NCBI GenBank assembly: GCA_965208725.1
Contig: CBDBPI010000002.1
Span: 1,706,878-1,770,877 of the forward strand
Direction: 5' to 3'
Length of the DNA stretch: 64,000 nucleotides
Source: Dehalococcoidia bacterium
GTDB lineage: Bacteria > Chloroflexota > Dehalococcoidia > Lucifugimonadales > GCA-2712585
Position numbers and translations under genes: made by a program. This document shows positions 57,850-64,000 of this stretch, in pieces; positions within the stretch are counted from its first letter, which is position 1, and every line of letters begins with the position of its first letter. A model generated the notes under the pieces. That model saw nothing but the letters and a program-made list of their open reading frames with translations. It did not search any database and was not told the DNA's origin.

Positions 57850-59103
57850 ATGACCACCAACGACAACGTACAATCCCCCGTCGCCGTCCGCCCCCAAGAC
57901 TACCCCCGAGGCCAAATCCTCGCCTCCTCCGCCGACGAAGCCCGCAAGTCCACCCAGGGCCGACGCCTAGTCCGTGAGCGCGTCCTCTCCCTCGGCAAGG
58001 ACGCCATCTACAACATGACCGGCCTCGTCCGCGCCTTCCCCCTCGACCCCGAAGACCTCCCCACCCTCGAGAACCAGTTCACCTACTACACCCACTTCCT
58101 TGGTCGTGCCGAGGCCATGGCCGTCGAATTCGTCGGCGCCAACCCCCGCGACCACCAGGCCGTCATGTGCAACCGCGTCACCTCCGCCATGCTCGCCATC
58201 ATGCTCGGAACCCTCAATCGCGGCGACGCAATCATCTCCCTCGTCGGCAAAGGACGCTCCCACCCCTCCGTCCAGCAGGCCGTCGAGCTCGTCGGCGCCG
58301 ACTTCATCGAAGTCGAATCCATCGAAGCCCTCGAAGATGCACTCCCCCTCCGACCCTGGAAGATGCTCGTCGTCACCCCCCTGACTCCCTCCAAGCACCA
58401 CGTCCCCGCCGACCAGGTCGCCCACGCCATACGGCTGGCCAAGGAGCGCGACATGCTCGTGTTCCTCGACGACGCCCACATGATGTCCCGCACCATCTTC
58501 TTCGACGAACCCCCCACCTTCCAACTTGGCGACGTCGACCTCTCCGTCTGGTCCCTCGACAAGCACGTCCCCGGCCCCCGAGGCGCCGCCATCGTCGGAC
58601 GCAACGACCTCATGGAGCAGGTCTCTGCCCAGGCCTTCCAGTTCGGCCTCGAAGCCCAGTCCGGCCACTACGTCGCAATGGTCCGCGGCATGGAAGCCTT
58701 CGATCCCGAGCCCGTCAAGCGCGCCTCCGCCCTCGCCCGCACCCTCCACAAAAAATTCCAGGCCCGCTTCGGCCCCACCGTCTACCAGGCCGGCCCCGGC
58801 GTCGCCCTCACCGCCGAAGACTTCACCGAAGTGGTCTTCAATCACGCCGGGACCCGCGAAACAACCCTCGCCCCCTCCGAAGTCTCCGTCACCGCCAGTT
58901 TCCTCCTCCTCAAGAACTACGGCGTCATCACCATCCCCATCACCGGCTACCCCGGCGCTGCCCCCACCTTCCGACTTATGATGCACCCCGACGGCGAACG
59001 ATTCGGCGTCGACCCCCTCGTCCACGCCGTCCAGGACACCATCGAACGAACCGCCACCCTCCTCCAAAACCCCAACGCCGTCCGCACCCTCCTCCTCGGC
59101 TAA
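57850..59103 (+). CDS. PLP-dependent fold-type-I enzyme, SelA-like family
   Basis: 417 aa. 'VWSLDKHVPGPRGAAIVG' parallels the SelA 'SGDKLLGGPQAGIIVG' PLP-lysine segment, and 'LVFLDDAH' parallels the upstream Asp region. It lacks the SelA N-terminal tRNA-binding domain, so it is not called selA. Confidence 0.5.
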   Translation: MTTNDNVQSPVAVRPQDYPRGQILASSADEARKSTQGRRLVRERVLSLGKDAIYNMTGLVRAFPLDPEDLPTLENQFTYYTHFLGRAEAMAVEFVGANPRDHQAVMCNRVTSAMLAIMLGTLNRGDAIISLVGKGRSHPSVQQAVELVGADFIEVESIEALEDALPLRPWKMLVVTPLTPSKHHVPADQVAHAIRLAKERDMLVFLDDAHMMSRTIFFDEPPTFQLGDVDLSVWSLDKHVPGPRGAAIVGRNDLMEQVSAQAFQFGLEAQSGHYVAMVRGMEAFDPEPVKRASALARTLHKKFQARFGPTVYQAGPGVALTAEDFTEVVFNHAGTRETTLAPSEVSVTASFLLLKNYGVITIPITGYPGAAPTFRLMMHPDGERFGVDPLVHAVQDTIERTATLLQNPNAVRTLLLG

Positions 59104-59800
59104 CCCCCTTACTAACCGCTCATCCTGAGCCTGTCGAAGGACAAGGGCTAGCGGTTGGTTCGTGTTTCGTCTCCCCCGCGAAAGCAGGACCCCATGGCTG
59201 GGCTGTGAAATAGATTTCGTCATTCCTGCGAAAGCAGGAACCCACGGCGGGGTGGTGGACGGGTGGTCCCTTCCCCTCTTAGCCCTTCCCCCTTGACGGG
59301 GGAAGGTTCGGATGGGGGTGATTTCCTCGCTCGCCCTCCGCTCATCCGTAGAGGCGGGTTTGAAACCCGCCCTCTTCATACCTCAACCCACACCTGACTC
59401 GTAGGGGCGGCTCGCGAGCCGCCCGCCCCACACACGATGCGCTCATCCTGAGCCTGTCGAAGGACGAGCGCCCCCTAATTCGTTATTCCTGCGAAAGCAG
59501 GAACCTACGGCAATGCGGTTGCTGGGCGGTCCTCTCTCCCTCTTATTCCTTCTCCCGTCCTGGGAGAAGGTTAGGGTGAGGATATCCCACCCTCCCCTCT
59601 TAATCCCCACCCCCGCGAACGCGGGGGCCCACTCTCTACCCACACTCAACCTGTAAGGGCGACGGCCGGTCGCCCTCCTTTCCTGTAGAGGGACCCCAAC
59701 ACCCTCACCCCTCCTCCCCTTCCCTCTCCTTCGTGCATGTATAATTCCCATCAGTGCCCTCCCGCGTTGCGACAAATCGCGATGGCCCAAAGGGAAAGAA
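59104..59800. repeat. Densest mosaic of hairpin repeat modules (at least 11 modules from 8 families in ~600 bp)
   Basis: In order: CGCTCATCCTGAGCCTGTCGAAGGA (59117); CCCCCGCGAAAGCAGGACCCC (~59172); GTCATTCCTGCGAAAGCAGGAACCCACGGCGG (59216); CTTCCCCCTTGACGGGGGAAGGTTCGGATGGGGGTGA (~59286); CGCTCATCC+GTAGAGGCGGGTTTGAAACCCGCCC (~59339); GTAGGGGCGGCTCGCGAGCCGCCC (~59401); CGCTCATCCTGAGCCTGTCGAAGGA (59440); TTCCTGCGAAAGCAGGAACC (~59486); CTCCCGTCCTGGGAGAAGGTTAGGGTGAGG (~59557); CCCCCGCGAACGCGGGGGCCCACTC (~59610); GTAAGGGCGACGGCCGGTCGCCC (~59653). Confidence 0.85.
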
Positions 59801-59804
59801 AAAA

Positions 59805-60690
<886 letters not shown>

Positions 60691-60710
<20 letters not shown>

Positions 60711-61503
60711 CCTCTTCCTCAAGTCCCTCTTCGACAACCGCCGCAGCCTAGGCTGGTGGGTTTTGGGTATTATCCTCCTGTGTGCGCTCATGACCTCCTT
60801 CTATCCCAGCATCTCCACCAACGACGCCCTCCAGGACTATATTGACGCCTTTGATCCCGACCTGCTGGCTATCTTTGGATTTACGGAAATGATCGACATG
60901 ACCTCAGGCGCGGGCTACCTCAGCGCCGAGATGTTCAGCCTGATGGTCCCCCTGCTCCTCATCATTTTCGCCATCAGCCTCGGCGCATCTTCCATAGCGG
61001 GCGAAGAAGACAAGCGCACCATCGAAATCCTCCTCTCCGAGCCTGTCAGTCGACAGCGCGTCCTTCTGCAGAAATACGCCTTCCTTCTCGCCGCAAGCAT
61101 CCTGCTGGCCGCCGTTGTTTGGTTATCCCTGGCCCTCGGCTCCCTCGCCGTTGGCATGGACCTGAGTATGGCCGATCTTGCCGCGGCAACCACAAGCTCC
61201 TCGCTTCTTGGCATCGCCTTCGGCTCCCTGGCCTTCGCAATCGGCGCCATCACCGGCAGCCGAGGACTCAGCGTCGGCGTCTCCGCCGGTACCGCCGTCG
61301 CCACCTACGTAATCAACACCCTCGCTACCATCGTGGATTTCCTGGAACCGGTCAGATGGGTCTCCCCCTTCTTCTACCACGGCGGCAACTCGCCCATACT
61401 GAACGGCCTCGACCCCCTCCACGTCCTCCTGCTGCTCGCCGTTATCGCAGTCCCCACAATCGCCGGCTACCTCGCCTACCACCGCCGCGATCTGAAGTTG
61501 TAG
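60691..61503 (+). CDS. ABC-2-type transporter permease
   Basis: 270 aa with about six hydrophobic segments. Overlaps the end of the ATPase gene, a typical ABC-2 exporter pair. Confidence 0.7.
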
Positions 61504-61892
61504 ACCCTAAGCTCTCACTCCTCCGTAGGGGCGGCTCGCGAGCCGCCGACTCCTAACCAGCCATCAATCCTCTCCCCCACGCCCAACCCCAAACTTTCCG
61601 CAACGAAGTTGCCCGTCACGCAGTGACCCCACCCCCGCGAACGCGGGGCCCAACTCTCTATCCACACCCAATCCCCCAACTTGCCGTCATGCAATGACCC
61701 CCCTCTCCTGTCCTGGGAGAGGGTTGGGGTGAGGGTTATTCCCCGCCCCCTAACCCGCTCACCCTGAGCCTGTCGAAAGACGAAGGGTCAAGCGCCCCAA
61801 CCTATCCAGGTAGGGGCGGGTTTCAAACCCGCCCTCTTCCAACTCCAATTCCCCACCCCCGCGAAAGCGGGGGCCCACTCGCAACCCGAAAC
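61504..61892. repeat. Intergenic mosaic of hairpin repeat modules
   Basis: GTAGGGGCGGCTCGCGAGCCGCC (~61525), GCAACGAAGTTGCCCGTCACGCAGTGACC (~61598), CCCCCGCGAACGCGGGGCCCAACTC (~61635), GTCATGCAATGAC (~61687), CCTCTCCTGTCCTGGGAGAGGGTTGGGGTGAGGGT (~61705), CGCTCACCCTGAGCCTGTCGAAAGA (61756), GTAGGGGCGGGTTTCAAACCCGCCC (~61810), CCCCCGCGAAAGCGGGGGCCCACTC (~61857). Confidence 0.8.
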
Positions 61893-62543
61893 TTACCGCA
61901 ACGAAGTTGCCGAAGTTGCCTCCGGCTCCAACGGCCTCGACACCCCCACCATCGAGTCCCGCGTCACCAGACGCGCCAGCTCCTCCTCGCTCCAGCCCTC
62001 CGTCCCAGCCGGACGCTGCGGCAGCACCAGGTATCGAATGTCCGCCATGCTGTCCAGAACACGCACCTCCACCCCATCTTCCAACTCCAACCCGAACTCC
62101 CGCATCACCCCCCGAGGATCAATCACCGCCCTCGACCTGTACGTCAGGCTCTTGTACCAGTCCGGCGGACGACCCAGCAGCCACGTCGGGTAGCACGAAC
62201 ACAACGTGCACACTACCAGATGATGTACCCCGTCCGTATTCTCCGCAACCACCACGTCAGGCAGGCTCTCCGACTCCGAATACCCCATCTCCGCCACCGC
62301 GGCCTTAGCGTCCGACAGCAGCCGCTCCTTGAACTCCGGGTCTGTCCACGCCCTCGCGACAATACTCGCCCCGTCCGCCGGCGACCGGGCCTCACCTTCC
62401 GCCAACAGACGCTCAACCTCCTCGACGCTCACAATCCCCTTATCCACCAGCACCGCCTCCATCGCCCTCACCCTCCGGGCGTAGTAACCCAACTCCTCGT
62501 CGTGCGCCATCCCTGCATGTTCATGTCCGTGAGACTCGCTCAT
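61893..62543 (-). CDS. Nitrile hydratase alpha subunit (cobalt-type metal site)
   Basis: 216 aa. 'VVCTLCSCYPTWLLGRPPDWYKSLTYRSRAV' contains the C-T-L-C-S-C claw (Thr indicates cobalt type). The last ~9 codons run into a GCAACGAAGTTGC repeat module. Confidence 0.85.
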   Translation of the reverse strand: MSESHGHEHAGMAHDEELGYYARRVRAMEAVLVDKGIVSVEEVERLLAEGEARSPADGASIVARAWTDPEFKERLLSDAKAAVAEMGYSESESLPDVVVAENTDGVHHLVVCTLCSCYPTWLLGRPPDWYKSLTYRSRAVIDPRGVMREFGLELEDGVEVRVLDSMADIRYLVLPQRPAGTEGWSEEELARLVTRDSMVGVSRPLEPEATSATSLR

Positions 62544-62560
62544 CTTTGCCTCCTATCCTG

Positions 62561-62860
62561 TTAGACCGGTTCCAGCCAGTGCTCGAAAACGTCCGCCAGC
62601 AGCTTGTCTCCATCTGATCCCCCATACCCTTCCCATAACTCCCCCTGGCTGAACTCCACCAGGTACAACGGCATCGCCGGCTCCCCCGACCCGCCGTACG
62701 CCAGCGACTCCGGGTTCGGGTACGCCCCGTGACACCTCTCTACCGTCCCGACCTTACCTCTGATGAACCACGGCGTCCGGTTATGTCCCTTAACGTTCAA
62801 ACACCGCACCCGCACTCTGTCCCCCGCGCCAAACTTCGGCTGCTTCTCTGACATCGACAC
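62561..62860 (-). CDS. Nitrile hydratase beta subunit, C-terminal half (separate ORF)
   Basis: 99 aa. 'KFGAGDRVRVR...GHNRTPWFIRGKVGTVERCHGAYPNPESLAYG...PLYLVEFSQGELWG' matches the SH3-like C-domain of NHase beta. The GTG at 62860 overlaps the upstream TAG by 1 nt; an alternative ATG lies at 62854. Confidence 0.7.
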   Translation of the reverse strand: MSMSEKQPKFGAGDRVRVRCLNVKGHNRTPWFIRGKVGTVERCHGAYPNPESLAYGGSGEPAMPLYLVEFSQGELWEGYGGSDGDKLLADVFEHWLEPV

Positions 62861-63162
62861 TAACCCTCGCCTCCCGAAAGGTCAGACATCTTCCGGTCGA
62901 TCTCTTCTCGCGTGAAAATGCCCTTCTCAGCAAGAATCGACTCCACCGACTCCGCCCACCGTTCGTAGTAGCTCATCGACTCATACTTGCTCGGCTCGAT
63001 AGCCTCAATCCCCCGGCGCATCTCGTCCGTCCTCATCAACCCCTTCCCCCGCAACGCCCCGAGAAGCGCGATCATCCGCACCTCCCAGTCCATCACCGGA
63101 TGCTCTTCCTGGTCGATGGGTTCGTCCGTGGGCCAACCCCCCCTGTCATGCACTCCCGGCAT
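62860..63162 (-). CDS. Nitrile hydratase beta subunit, N-terminal half (separate ORF)
   Basis: 100 aa. 'MPGVHDRGGWP...WEVRMIALLGALRGKGLMRTDEMRRGIEAIEPSKYESMSYYERWAESVESIL' matches the helical N-domain of NHase beta. Confidence 0.7.
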   Translation of the reverse strand: MPGVHDRGGWPTDEPIDQEEHPVMDWEVRMIALLGALRGKGLMRTDEMRRGIEAIEPSKYESMSYYERWAESVESILAEKGIFTREEIDRKMSDLSGGEG

Positions 63163-63568
63163 TGCACCACCTCCTTAGTAGACGTTATAGACGCCAACCG
63201 CCCACACTATATCACACACCCTAAAACCCCCTCCCGCTTAACCTCTTCCCCCTTGACGGGGGAAGATTGAGATGGGGGTGACTCCTCCATCACCAAACCG
63301 CTCATCCTGAGCCTGTCGAAGGATCGAGCGTCCCCCTACATCAACCCGTAGGGGCGGCTCGCGAGCCGCCCGCCCGCTATACCCACGAATTTGCCCAACC
63401 GAAGCGCCTTCCCCTCCCTCCACAACCGACACCTCACCCCAAATTTGCCGCAACGCAGTTGCCCCCACCCCCGCGAAAGCGGGGGCCTACTCTCTCGCAG
63501 CCATCAAACCCCACAACCCACGCCCAACTCTGCGAAACTTGCCGCAACGCAGTTGCCCAAACTTGCCG
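63163..63568. repeat. Intergenic mosaic of hairpin repeat modules
   Basis: CTTCCCCCTTGACGGGGGAAGATTGAGATGGGGGTGA (~63243), CGCTCATCCTGAGCCTGTCGAAGGA (63298), GTAGGGGCGGCTCGCGAGCCGCCC (~63348), GCAACGCAGTTGC (~63447), CCCCCGCGAAAGCGGGGGCCTACTC (~63468), GCAACGCAGTTGC (~63545), GTCACGCAGTGAC (~63569). Confidence 0.8.
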
Positions 63569-64000
63569 TCACGCAGTGACCCCAAACGCCTCCGAGCGAA
63601 GCACACCAGCCTTGTCCGTCCTCTCCCACGGCACATTCAACTCCTCCCGACCGAAATGACCGTACGCCGCCAGCTCGCTGTACATCGGCCGACGCAGCTC
63701 CAGATCACGAATAATCGCCGCCGGACGCAGATCGAAGTGCTTGTCCACCAGTTCCTGTATCCGGTCATCGTCCAGCTTCGCCGTCCCGAATGTCTCCACG
63801 CTCACCGAAATCGGACGCGCCACCCCGATGGCGTACGACACCTGCACCTCCGCCCGGTCCGCCAGTCCCGCCGCCACGATGTTCTTCGCCACGTACCGCG
63901 CCGCGTACGCCCCCGACCGGTCCACCTTCGTCGGGTCCTTGCCGGAGAACGCCCCGCCTCCGTGCCGCGCCAGCCCGCCGTACGTGTCAACCAGAATCTT
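63569..64000 (-). CDS. metK: S-adenosylmethionine synthase (C-terminal part; gene continues beyond the window)
   Basis: Reading upstream of the track ORF gives '[47 protein letters not shown]...', the canonical Met[17 protein letters not shown] motif. The 5' end lies outside the window. Confidence 0.9.
   Translation of the reverse strand, partial: KILVDTYGGLARHGGGAFSGKDPTKVDRSGAYAARYVAKNIVAAGLADRAEVQVSYAIGVARPISVSVETFGTAKLDDDRIQELVDKHFDLRPAAIIRDLELRRPMYSELAAYGHFGREELNVPWERTDKAGVLRSEAFGVTA

Noticed and set aside
59104-59800. Dense short repeats that could be mistaken for a CRISPR array.
   Set aside because: There is no single constant repeat separated by unique spacers of regular length. The region instead holds many different palindromic modules in irregular order, and the same modules are scattered across the window. 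No cas genes are present.

Overview
High-GC (about 60-65% by hand counts of sample lines) bacterial chromosomal window. The gene content suggests Chloroflexota-like, but this is not proven: F420/LLM oxidoreductase, DUF3090/SCO1664 pair, three amidohydrolase-2 paralogues, Rex, and Sec-containing redox proteins. Most of the window is housekeeping. This includes two tRNA-Ser genes, dprA-topA-xerC-aroQ-M24 peptidase-efp-xseA-xseB-PHP-purN, clpP-tig, aspS, a complete F1Fo ATP synthase operon (atpI-like/B/E/F/H/A/G/D/C), a cobalt-type nitrile hydratase with a split beta subunit, and a partial metK. Four things stand out. (1) A lower-GC accessory region at about 37.2-45.2 kb holds an intact IS5/IS427-group element, then a translationally coupled minus-strand operon, and 2 kb further on a Septu-like PtuA/PtuB pair whose ATPase is frameshifted inside the Walker A motif. 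The operon encodes a 113-aa Gly-rich protein, a PfkB-like kinase fused to a nucleoside 2-deoxyribosyltransferase-like domain, a QueC-like PP-loop enzyme and a SagB-type nitroreductase. This gene combination matches no named system I know (not queuosine, Qat or type IV CBASS). It is my top candidate for an undescribed 7-deazapurine/nucleoside-based system, possibly antiphage. (2) Two genes that the ORF track splits are better read as selenoproteins: a Bcp-type peroxiredoxin (TPG-U) and a SelW/Rdx-like protein (C-x-x-U). In each, a hairpin starts 17 nt after the UGA. (3) Nearly every long intergenic region is a mosaic of about 9 families of 20-40 bp perfect-hairpin modules, plus a 119-bp MITE-like element in two copies. 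(4) There are several oddities. An LRR lipoprotein gene carries an in-frame TAG. AtpB carries a ~100-aa insertion. A 32-aa ORF sits inside the atp operon. There is also a small RelE/ParE-like pair. Many long ORFs in the track are antisense shadow ORFs of a GC-rich genome and were not called.
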